Virus record (IMG/VR): IMGVR_UViG_3300022173_000137
Coordinates: 449 to 64,448 of that record
Source of the DNA: a virus
Lineage: Duplodnaviria; Caudoviricetes
DNA length: 64,000 nucleotides
Reading direction: 5' to 3' (one strand)
The translations under genes were made by a program, and so were the position numbers. Of this stretch, positions 23,986 to 32,098 are shown one piece after another; position 1 is the stretch's first letter, and each line of letters opens with the position of its first letter. Below the pieces are notes generated by a model, which was not told where the DNA came from, made no database searches, and saw only the letters and a program-made list of their open reading frames with translations.

Positions 23986-26802
23986 ATGACCGACTGTGTT
24001 GAGAAAACCAGCTTCAGGATTGAGACGGAGTATCGGACAGGCTGGAATAAGCTGGAGAACTTCGCACCTCGAAAGCCGGGAGGAGCCTACACGCTTCTTC
24101 AGTGGCAGGACGAAGCTCGCATCAAGCTTGAGCACGCACACTGGTGGCTGGTGGACGCACCGCCCGGCGCGGGCAAGTCATGCCTGATCTGCTGCCTGGC
24201 TGCCATCAGCCTCAATCTAAACCCAAAGCTGCGCGCCATCATCGCGGTTCCGCAGAACCTCATCGGAAGCAGTTTCGGGCCTAAGCGGCTTAACGTGCCG
24301 GGCGTTGGCGTTGTCGCCTGGGGAACGAATCACGACCTTTGCGGCAAGGGCACAAATAAAGCCGATGCCTTACTGAACTTCCTTCAGAAGCCGCGACGAA
24401 ACATGCTGGAGGACCGGGTGCTCGTCTGCACGCACTCCACCCTGGTTGCCGCGTTTAAGGCGTGCAGAGAGGCGTTCAAGGACGTAACGCTCGTGGTCGA
24501 TGAGGCTCACCACGTTGCCTACGGGGAGACCGCCGAAGAGCGTGAAGTGGTGAACGGAGTCGGCACGGTCATTCAATGGGCCATGAGCAGGCCGGACATC
24601 CAGATTGGCCTCACCACTGCGACGTTCTGGAGAGGCGACAGGTTTCCGATCATACCAAAGAAGCACCTCGACCGCTTCAAGAGATACAACCTGTCCCACC
24701 CAGACTATCTCGCGTGCTGCAAGCACCTGAGAAGCATCGGCTACGACTTCATCCTCTACCGCAGAACCTACTACGAGGCGCTGTGCGGACTGCTCGACAG
24801 ATACCACACCAGCAAGCTGATCATCTACATCCCGCCTGTTGGCAGCCACTGCTCACTGGGCAGCAAGGAAATCGACGTGACTGCGGTCATCAAGGCCATC
24901 GCTGGAACTGAAAAGCCGGTGGTGCGAGACCGCAGCAGGGCTGTCATGCGCGTCATGCGCGGCGATGTTGAACTCAGAGTAATCAATCTAGTTGACGAGG
25001 ATCTGCGAGACGAGAAGAAGAAAGCAATCGAGGAGGCACACAGTCACGTCAACAGCCAAACGCTGGACGTGGTGATCGCGCTGAATATGTTTCGCGAGGG
25101 CGGCAACTGGATGTGGGCTGACCGGGAGATTATCATCGGCCCGCGAAACTCACTGACGGACATGGTTCAAACGGTCGGCAGAGTCCTTCGCGACGCCAAA
25201 GGAAAGCCACACGCACAGATTCATCATGTGCTGCCAACTGGGCCTCTCACGTCTGATGACCGCACGAAACAAAATCTAAACGACTACGTAACCTCGCTGT
25301 TCGCGTCGATGATCATGGGGGATATGTTCAACCCGGTGCGGCTGAGCACGCCGGTCATCTCAGTTCCAGAGGGGGTTGCACTCACACCTGAGCGTACAAG
25401 CCCTGCACTACGACTATTTTCCGATGCTTACGAGGCACTCAGTTTTTGCCACAGCGTCTGGTGTGAGATGCGGCTAGACGACCGCAACGCACTTGGCACT
25501 GATGCACGGCCAGAGCTTGAGAAAGCTGTCACTGAAGTAATGCGACAACTTGGAAAGACTGAATTTAGAGACGAGATTGTAGCATACCTCTGGAAACTTC
25601 TGACGACACAGACGTTGCAGGCGTCTAGGCTGAACGTGACTGATATTGGTTTCAAGATGCTACATGATCATCCGTTCGGTTTCATGCTTGGTTACACCAG
25701 CGGAGTGTTTGGAATAGACCGATGGAGGCAGCTCAAGGAGGCACTGGTGTCTCGTGAATCATGGACAAAAGAGAAGGTGATTGCCAGCGCCAAGCCGTTC
25801 AAGAATATAAGTCGCTGGGCGGGCGCGCACCCGTGTGCTTACAACGCCGCTTTGGCCAACAATTGGCATGAGGAGGCGACAGCCCACATGACTAGAATGC
25901 TTCAGTCATGGACAAAAGAGAAGGTGATTGCCAGCGCCAAGCCGTTCAAAACCAAGAAGGAATGGAGGAAGCATTGTAGCAGCGCGTTCGATGCGGCCAG
26001 GCATAATGAATGGTATTTCGAGGCAACAGCACACATGCGCAATGTTGTTCATTACTGGACTAAAGAAGAAGTCGTTGCCTCTGCCAAAAGGCACAGCGTT
26101 CTCAGTCGCTGGATCGATGTAGATTTTGGAGCTTATAGGGCAGCAAGACGCCACAAGTGGTTGATAGAGGCGACAGCCCACATGACCCGGCTACGAGGTC
26201 AATGGACAAAAGAGAAGGTGATTGCCAGCGCCAAGCCGTTCAAAATCAGGAGATGCTGGGCTGCAAGGAATGGATCAGCCTATCAGGCAGCTAGACGAGA
26301 AGGGTGGTTGGAAGAGGCGACAGCCCACATGCGAAAGAGAAAGGAACAGTGGACGAAGGAGAGAGTGATTGCCAGCGCCAAGCTGTTCAAGTCCTTATCT
26401 ACATGGGAGCAGTCGTACCCAGGCGCTCGTAACGCATCAAGACGCCACGGATGGACTGAGGAGGCGACAGCCCACATGACTAGAATGCTTCAGTCATGGA
26501 CAAAAGAGAAGGTGATTGCCAGCGCCAAGCCGTTCAAAACCAAGAAGCCTTGGATCAAAAGATACTCAGGGGCGTGTCAGGCAGCTAGACGAGAAGGGTG
26601 GTTGGAAGAGGCGACAGCCCACATGGATAAAACAGAGAGATGGACAAAGGAGCGTGTGGTTGTCCGCGCCAAACATTTTAAGTCCATGTCACCTTGGATT
26701 AAAAAATACCCTGGAGCTTACGAAGCGGCAAAAAAGGCGGGGTGGCTGGCAGAGGCGACAGCCCACATGGAGAAACGCAAAAATAATGCGCAGCTACGTT
26801 GA
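23986..26802 (+). CDS. SF2 (DEAH, restriction-Res-like) helicase with a C-terminal array of seven ~49-aa repeats
   Basis: APPGAGKS (I), IIAVP (Ia), VCTH (Ib), VVDEAHH (II), TATFWRGD (III), NMFREG (V), QTVGRVLRD (VI). The 3' half is more AT-rich than the rest of the window. Confidence 0.85.
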   Translation: MTDCVEKTSFRIETEYRTGWNKLENFAPRKPGGAYTLLQWQDEARIKLEHAHWWLVDAPPGAGKSCLICCLAAISLNLNPKLRAIIAVPQNLIGSSFGPKRLNVPGVGVVAWGTNHDLCGKGTNKADALLNFLQKPRRNMLEDRVLVCTHSTLVAAFKACREAFKDVTLVVDEAHHVAYGETAEEREVVNGVGTVIQWAMSRPDIQIGLTTATFWRGDRFPIIPKKHLDRFKRYNLSHPDYLACCKHLRSIGYDFILYRRTYYEALCGLLDRYHTSKLIIYIPPVGSHCSLGSKEIDVTAVIKAIAGTEKPVVRDRSRAVMRVMRGDVELRVINLVDEDLRDEKKKAIEEAHSHVNSQTLDVVIALNMFREGGNWMWADREIIIGPRNSLTDMVQTVGRVLRDAKGKPHAQIHHVLPTGPLTSDDRTKQNLNDYVTSLFASMIMGDMFNPVRLSTPVISVPEGVALTPERTSPALRLFSDAYEALSFCHSVWCEMRLDDRNALGTDARPELEKAVTEVMRQLGKTEFRDEIVAYLWKLLTTQTLQASRLNVTDIGFKMLHDHPFGFMLGYTSGVFGIDRWRQLKEALVSRESWTKEKVIASAKPFKNISRWAGAHPCAYNAALANNWHEEATAHMTRMLQSWTKEKVIASAKPFKTKKEWRKHCSSAFDAARHNEWYFEATAHMRNVVHYWTKEEVVASAKRHSVLSRWIDVDFGAYRAARRHKWLIEATAHMTRLRGQWTKEKVIASAKPFKIRRCWAARNGSAYQAARREGWLEEATAHMRKRKEQWTKERVIASAKLFKSLSTWEQSYPGARNASRRHGWTEEATAHMTRMLQSWTKEKVIASAKPFKTKKPWIKRYSGACQAARREGWLEEATAHMDKTERWTKERVVVRAKHFKSMSPWIKKYPGAYEAAKKAGWLAEATAHMEKRKNNAQLR
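25759..26769 (+). repeat. Seven tandem coding repeats, 147-bp period (last spacing 144)
   Basis: Trp codons at 25762, 25909, 26056, 26203, 26350, 26497 and 26641. GAGGCGACAGCCCACATG is identical in 6 of 7 units. Confidence 0.95.
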
Positions 26803-27415
26803 CACCAAGAAGTCGAAGGCCCGCTACAAGACGGTGGTGATGCCGTGCTGGAACCGTTTGCAGGCACTTTCAATTCCTGCGGACAGGCAGTACTGGACGC
26901 TGTGCGCCGAGAACTACGACGAGGACTTCAACCTGCTCGACTCCTGCGAGCTTCATCAGATGCTCTCGCTGGGCCTCCTGAAGTCTGCCGACCAGTTCCA
27001 CGGTGTTGACCGCAACGAGACGATAATCGCAGGCAACCGCAGGGCCGTCCCGGAGGCACACTGGCACTGCGAGGATCTGTATCAGGCGATGGTGAACGCG
27101 AGCGTGGCTGGCAACTTCCGGCCCGCCGTCGTCAACTACGACTCGCTCGATATGCCAGAGTCAGCCTGCGCCTACCTGCCCAGGTTGATGTCTCTCCTAT
27201 CCGACCACAGCTCGGTGGTTCTCGTCGCGAACATCATCCTGAAGACTCGCTACCATAAGTCGTCCATCAGGGAGATCGGGGATCGGCTGAGCAAGAGCCG
27301 TCACTTTCAGCAGGTGTTCGACAACGGCTGGCAGTTCGACGAGAAGGCTTACCAGTATTCAGGGACGGGCAAGCGCGGCACCTGGATGGGGTCACTGGTC
27401 TTCCACCGGCCTTGA
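26786..27415 (+). CDS. Class I SAM-dependent methyltransferase-like protein
   Basis: Start MRSYVDT overlaps the end of the helicase gene. FHGVDRN (acidic residue after a strand) and AVVNYD (motif IV-like); no clear GxG motif I. Confidence 0.5.
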   Translation: MRSYVDTKKSKARYKTVVMPCWNRLQALSIPADRQYWTLCAENYDEDFNLLDSCELHQMLSLGLLKSADQFHGVDRNETIIAGNRRAVPEAHWHCEDLYQAMVNASVAGNFRPAVVNYDSLDMPESACAYLPRLMSLLSDHSSVVLVANIILKTRYHKSSIREIGDRLSKSRHFQQVFDNGWQFDEKAYQYSGTGKRGTWMGSLVFHRP

Positions 27416-27416
27416 A

Positions 27417-27626
27417 TCACTCCACCACGACCGTCGAGACATCCGGCATGAGCGACCTGGCCAGGCTCACCATGCCATCACGGCAGCGCAGGACCGTCCA
27501 GAGCGTGCCGGTCACGTCCACGACGGTAGAGCCAGCCTGGACGCGCTCGCGAGGTGCCTTGCCGTTGGCGTAGGCCATCCCGTGCTTGTCGCGCCAGGAT
27601 TCCACTACGTCAGTTACGGTCAGCAT
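27417..27626 (-). CDS. Small hypothetical protein
   Basis: 69 aa; GTTCTT-N6-ATG upstream. Confidence 0.55.
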   Translation of the reverse strand: MLTVTDVVESWRDKHGMAYANGKAPRERVQAGSTVVDVTGTLWTVLRCRDGMVSLARSLMPDVSTVVVE

Positions 27627-27643
27627 AAAAGGAAGAACTCGTT

Positions 27644-27678
27644 AAAACAAAACCCGCCCCAGTTGCCTGGAGCGGGTT
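27644..27678 (-). terminator. Intrinsic terminator of the major capsid gene
   Basis: AACCCGC...GCGGGTT stem followed by TTGTTTT on the minus strand. Confidence 0.75.
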
Positions 27679-27703
27679 CGTGCGAAGGGTCAGAGCGAAA
27701 CGC

Positions 27704-29167
27704 TTAGCCGATGGTCTGGCCGAACGCCGTGGGGCTGTTCTGGACCAGGCCGCGACTGAACATTTTGGAATTGATCATTTTGCGGGCGAACGAACTCGCG
27801 AAACCCCTCTGGTGGAGGAAGTCAGGCAGAATGATGTCGGGGGTTGTGTATAATTTTTGATATTCCGCCAGGACGTAGCCCGTGGTCAGGAACTCATCGC
27901 CCTTGTGACCGACCAACCACTCGTTGACCGGGTAGTGCGGATCAGCAAACACCTTCTTGTTGCCGAGGTCACCGATGTAGGTGATGCCCTGCATGTTAGT
28001 GCGATTATTCTTCGAGACGAACTGCGGCAGCGTGGCCACCACGGTCGCGGCTTGCAGGCCCAGGAGGAGCCAGTTGCCAGAGACCATGTTCGTCGCACCA
28101 AAGATGAAGTTCGAGGCAGTCTCGAACGCGTCGATGATGGAGAACTTGTGCGTCTGGTAGTTCACGGAGGTAGGAGCAATCGCATCCCAGACCACGAAGC
28201 CAGCGTCCGCCTTGGCGCGCAGATCGAAGATCACCTGGCGGTGCTTCTGATACTGGAGCGCATTGGTGAGCGCATTGAGCAGAACGCTTTCGGCCTTGAT
28301 GTTGTACATCGCCTGGAGGTTCTGATCCGCTTCCTCAGACCACACGGTCTTGAGCTTGATGACCTTCGCCGTCACCGGAGTGGACGAGAGGCGCATTTCG
28401 TAGTCCTGGATGGCCAGGTTGCCTTCAGAGTTGAAGACATACGACAGGGAGACCGCCGCAGCCGTCTGCGAGGCCACCGTGATGCGTCCGACGTTCGTGC
28501 CGGAGTAGATGATGGTGCCGACCACCGCATTGGTGGACGCGTTGAGCACGTTGCCGTTGCCGTCATCGACGACGGAGATGGAGCCGTAGGTGCCGGACAG
28601 GGTGCCAGCGCGAATCGGAGTCCACTCCAGGGTGACGATGCCGCCGCCATCAGAGGTCGCGGATTCGTCCTGGATGAGTTCATCCGAGTCATCGTCACGG
28701 TCCACAGCGCCCTGCAATGCGCGCCACATCGGCGAACCGGCAGGAGTGCGGCCTTTACGACGACCAGTCACGATGTCCATGTACACGATCTGGCTCACCG
28801 GGCCAGCCATCGGTTGGAGAGCGACGAGCTGATCAATCACGTCGTTCTCGCTCATGTTCGCGATGACGGGGAAGATCCACTTGTCGAACGTACCCAGGCT
28901 GCTGGTGCGCGTCACTTCGTCGAGACGACCGAAGCGGGCGCGGCAGTTTTCGAGCATGATCGCGGCAATGGGGCGCTTGTGTTCGGGCATGTGCTCCACG
29001 AACTCCTTCCAGCCGCGAGCTTCCCAGAGACCCTTGGCGTGGCTGTCAGGCAGCCCGACCGGAGTCTCAGCGAGGCGATGGCCCCACTCGTAGATTTCGG
29101 TGAAACGGTTGATGTGTCCGCCCTCCGATGCGATCATCGGGCGTCCATTTTCATGTAGGATTACCAT
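27704..29167 (-). CDS. Major capsid protein (T4 gp23-like, HK97 fold)
   Basis: 487 aa; A.MLEN, FPVI, VALQPMAGPVSQI.Y, V.AK..KLK..WSEEA.QNL.AMY; follows the protease and ends at a strong terminator. Confidence 0.9.
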   Translation of the reverse strand: MVILHENGRPMIASEGGHINRFTEIYEWGHRLAETPVGLPDSHAKGLWEARGWKEFVEHMPEHKRPIAAIMLENCRARFGRLDEVTRTSSLGTFDKWIFPVIANMSENDVIDQLVALQPMAGPVSQIVYMDIVTGRRKGRTPAGSPMWRALQGAVDRDDDSDELIQDESATSDGGGIVTLEWTPIRAGTLSGTYGSISVVDDGNGNVLNASTNAVVGTIIYSGTNVGRITVASQTAAAVSLSYVFNSEGNLAIQDYEMRLSSTPVTAKVIKLKTVWSEEADQNLQAMYNIKAESVLLNALTNALQYQKHRQVIFDLRAKADAGFVVWDAIAPTSVNYQTHKFSIIDAFETASNFIFGATNMVSGNWLLLGLQAATVVATLPQFVSKNNRTNMQGITYIGDLGNKKVFADPHYPVNEWLVGHKGDEFLTTGYVLAEYQKLYTTPDIILPDFLHQRGFASSFARKMINSKMFSRGLVQNSPTAFGQTIG

Positions 29168-29215
29168 AGGTTTATGTGTTCGTTATTTCGTTGAAGTGTT
29201 GGGGGTGGACGCCAA

Positions 29216-30796
29216 TTACTTGGTGGCGGGGGTGCTCCAACGGCGCACCATATTGATGGATTCGTTGACGTTGCTCGCACCGCCAAAGGAGGTGCTTTCA
29301 ACAATGGTTCCCTGCTTCTTCGCTTCGGGCTTCTTGCCTTCCTCGACCTTGGCTTCGACCTTCGCCTCTTTGGACTCGGTGACAGCCTTGACGGGCGCGG
29401 CGGGCTTCTTGCCTTCCTCGACCTTGGGTTCGGGCTTGAGTGCTTCCTTTGAGCCTTCGAGCTTCTCGCGGATGGCGACGATGTGGCGGAGGCGGGTGGC
29501 TTCCTTGAGCATCTTGGCGATTTCAGGTGCCTGGGCCTTCTCAGCGAACTCCAGGACGATGATGCGACGGCCCATCTCGGTGAGATCGGCATGGTAGCGT
29601 GCGGCCATGATGTCCAGGGCTTCGCAGGCAGTGTCGAAATGCTTGTCGGTCTTCTTGAGCTTGACCTCGCGGGATTCCGCCAGGTGCTTCCAGCCCTTGC
29701 CGCGCTTGGTCAGCTCCTCGACGAGCTTGCCGTTTTCGGCATTGAGCTTCATCGACTCGCCGAGCTTGGCCTTGTAGGCGACGCCGGTCTTGCCGACCGC
29801 AGCGATGACCTTCATCAGCTTCACGTTGTCTTCCGTGAGCTTGGTGGCGCGCTTGGCCGGTGCAGTGACGGATTCGTTCCACTGCTGGGCGATGGAATCG
29901 ACCTCGTTGTGGAGCTTCTGGCCTTCCCAGGAACGCTTGGCGTCCTCAGAGATGTAAACGGCGATGTCCTGGTGGATGCTTTCCATCAGGCCCATGCCTT
30001 CGGAAAACCGCGTCGGGTCGAGCTTGGTGTGATTCAAGCCGCGCAGCGCCGCGATTCGGTTGCGGATGTCTTTGATGTCGTATGGCATAACTTTTTGTTC
30101 TGTGATGGATTGAACTTCGGTGACCGCCGCTGGCTTGGCGGGTTGGGGAGGAGTGATTGTCTGGGCGGACTCAACCACGACCTTCTGGTCGCGGATGGTA
30201 GTGGCCTCGGCGGTGACGACGGTGCGGTCGGGAGTCAGTTCCGCCGTTTCAAAGCTGGGCTTGATGACGACATCGAAGGACTCGCAGACGTAATCTTCCT
30301 GCACCACGTCGATGCCCTGGGCGTCCTTGACGAGCGAGCCGTAGCCACGGCTGGAGACGAGCGGGTTGTAACCGGCCTCAATCAGCGCACCCAGCTTTGC
30401 GCCTTCAGGCGTGCTGAGCAGGGTGATTTCGCCGAAGACCTCATAGACCTTCTTGCCGGTGGCATCGACGCTCTCCTGCATTCTTGCGCCGGTAACGAGG
30501 TGGGAGATGGGGGAGAGAAGAGTGACAATGCCGTCCTTGGGGTGTTCGAGGAGGCCGAACGCTGCGTTTTTCTTGATGGAATCGACCAGCAGCGAGCCAG
30601 GGGCGAGATTCTTTTCCCAGATGGACCGGCTGTACGTCCGGCCATTGCCATTGACGCAATCGCACACGGAGAAGCGTCCAGGGATTTTCGTGCAGACCAC
30701 TCCGTTGGGTCGGCTCTCTGTGACAAATGACTTGGTGCGGTCAACGATGAAGGGGAAGGCTCCCGTTGCTCCCTCGATAAGAAGTTGTTTGGCCAT
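29216..30796 (-). CDS. Prohead protease (T4 gp21-like) fused to a C-terminal coiled-coil scaffold-like region
   Basis: NGNGRTYS, GLLEHP, ISH, LLSTPEG, VSSRGYGS, FDVV..PS in the first ~190 aa, then a Lys/Glu/Ala coil. Confidence 0.88.
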   Translation of the reverse strand: MAKQLLIEGATGAFPFIVDRTKSFVTESRPNGVVCTKIPGRFSVCDCVNGNGRTYSRSIWEKNLAPGSLLVDSIKKNAAFGLLEHPKDGIVTLLSPISHLVTGARMQESVDATGKKVYEVFGEITLLSTPEGAKLGALIEAGYNPLVSSRGYGSLVKDAQGIDVVQEDYVCESFDVVIKPSFETAELTPDRTVVTAEATTIRDQKVVVESAQTITPPQPAKPAAVTEVQSITEQKVMPYDIKDIRNRIAALRGLNHTKLDPTRFSEGMGLMESIHQDIAVYISEDAKRSWEGQKLHNEVDSIAQQWNESVTAPAKRATKLTEDNVKLMKVIAAVGKTGVAYKAKLGESMKLNAENGKLVEELTKRGKGWKHLAESREVKLKKTDKHFDTACEALDIMAARYHADLTEMGRRIIVLEFAEKAQAPEIAKMLKEATRLRHIVAIREKLEGSKEALKPEPKVEEGKKPAAPVKAVTESKEAKVEAKVEEGKKPEAKKQGTIVESTSFGGASNVNESINMVRRWSTPATK

Positions 30797-30809
30797 AAGT
30801 TACGTGAGT

Positions 30810-31130
30810 ATGCGTGTCAACGTATGTAGAAACGCGGGCTACTCCCTGGAACTTGGCAAACACAACACGAACCCGAAGAAACGATTGAAGTTCAAATGGA
30901 CAAGGGTACCCAAGTTGGGTACAAGCATTGACGTGAAAGATGTCAGTGCAGCAACGGTAAGAGCCAAACTGGGTCTGTCGGTCGGTAGCTTCGCCAAGCT
31001 GCTTGGGGTGAGCCATCGAACCGTGGAGAAGTGGGACAAGGGAACCAAGCCGAACACGGCTGCGCAGATCCTCCTCAGAATCGCCCAGCATCACCCGGAG
31101 ATCGTCCAGGACGCAGTGATGGAATCCTAG
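30810..31130 (+). CDS. XRE-family HTH protein (HigA/MqsA antitoxin-like)
   Basis: VRAKLGLSVGSFAKLLGVSHRTVEKWDKG.KP..AAQILLRI...HPE; start uncertain. Confidence 0.7.
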   Translation: MRVNVCRNAGYSLELGKHNTNPKKRLKFKWTRVPKLGTSIDVKDVSAATVRAKLGLSVGSFAKLLGVSHRTVEKWDKGTKPNTAAQILLRIAQHHPEIVQDAVMES

Positions 31131-31384
31131 TTGTCCAGGTTGGGGGAATACTTCGACTTCTTCATCACAGGCTCGGCGTAGTTCTCGATGATGAAGTTCG
31201 CGCTGTAGAAGTTCCAGGTCCGGTCCAGCGCCTTCTCCACCGCCTCCATCTCAGCCCCGCGCTCCCTGAACCATGCGCGGGCGTCATCCGGCTCCAGCTC
31301 TTCAGTATGGCCGTTGGGCAGGGTCAGCGTGAAGTATTCGCCCCACGGTTCACGGCCAATCTTGACGAGAAGGGGCTGGCTCAT
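31127..31384 (-). CDS. Hypothetical protein in the head-gene cluster
   Basis: 85 aa, ATGA overlap with the upstream gene. Confidence 0.65.
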   Translation of the reverse strand: MSQPLLVKIGREPWGEYFTLTLPNGHTEELEPDDARAWFRERGAEMEAVEKALDRTWNFYSANFIIENYAEPVMKKSKYSPNLDN

Positions 31385-32085
31385 CGGTTGAACCTGCGGA
31401 ACGTGTTCATGATCTTCTTCACGTCACCGTCCTTGTGCGCTGGCATCTCCGAGCCTGCCTTCAAACCGCCCAGGCCATCACCGCCTGCATCCTCGTAAAG
31501 CGAGGGTGGGCGCACGCCCATCATGGCGTTGGCCTCTTCCGTTGACACTGTTCGCGGCGCAGCAGGTCCGAGGTCCGGCACCTCCGGCGTTGTGGACCGG
31601 CCCAGGATGGCGTCCACGGCGTCACCGCCTTCCGGCTCCTGCTGCGGCGCGGCCATGTCGGCCTGGGTGGTGGTGAACTTGGTCTCCTTGAAGTTGGGGA
31701 TCTTGGAGGCGTCCAGCGGAATGAGCGCCTTGGGCGTCACGTCCGGGGCCACGAGGGCCACGCTGGGCGGCAGGCCGTGCTCGTCCGCCTGCTCGTAAGG
31801 ATTGGCCGCGTCGTCCTTCTCCTCGCGCATGACCGGCTCCTTGTCGATTTCGTTGGCGGTGACCGGCTCGCCCTCCTCCTTCTCGTCGGGGAAGATGTTG
31901 CGGTCGTCATCGCTCTCGTCGCGCTCACCAATCATGCCCAGCGCCTGGGCCACGGTGCTGCCCTGATGACGGCGCTTCTTGAGGCGCTCGTTGCGGGCGG
32001 TATGGCGCGAGGACGGCACGGTGGCCACCACCGGCACCACGCTCTCGTTTGTCGTGCCCATAGCCCTGGAAAGTATAGATTTCAT
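31381..32085 (-). CDS. Acidic, Pro-rich low-complexity protein, candidate head core/internal protein
   Basis: 234 aa; TAGTTAG-N6-ATG upstream; lies upstream of the protease and MCP genes. Confidence 0.65.
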   Translation of the reverse strand: MKSILSRAMGTTNESVVPVVATVPSSRHTARNERLKKRRHQGSTVAQALGMIGERDESDDDRNIFPDEKEEGEPVTANEIDKEPVMREEKDDAANPYEQADEHGLPPSVALVAPDVTPKALIPLDASKIPNFKETKFTTTQADMAAPQQEPEGGDAVDAILGRSTTPEVPDLGPAAPRTVSTEEANAMMGVRPPSLYEDAGGDGLGGLKAGSEMPAHKDGDVKKIMNTFRRFNR

Positions 32086-32098
32086 TCTGGTCTAACTA

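Noticed and set aside
25759-26769. Helicase repeat array as a CRISPR array
   Set aside because: The period is 147 bp, it is in frame inside a coding ORF, the 'spacers' keep conserved W/A/Y residues, and there are no cas genes.
25759-26769. Helicase repeats as a DGR template/variable repeat pair
   Set aside because: Differences between units are not adenine-specific, and no reverse transcriptase is present in the window.
27857-30730. Plus-strand ORFs of 433 and 415 aa
   Set aside because: They are antisense shadows of the MCP and protease genes.
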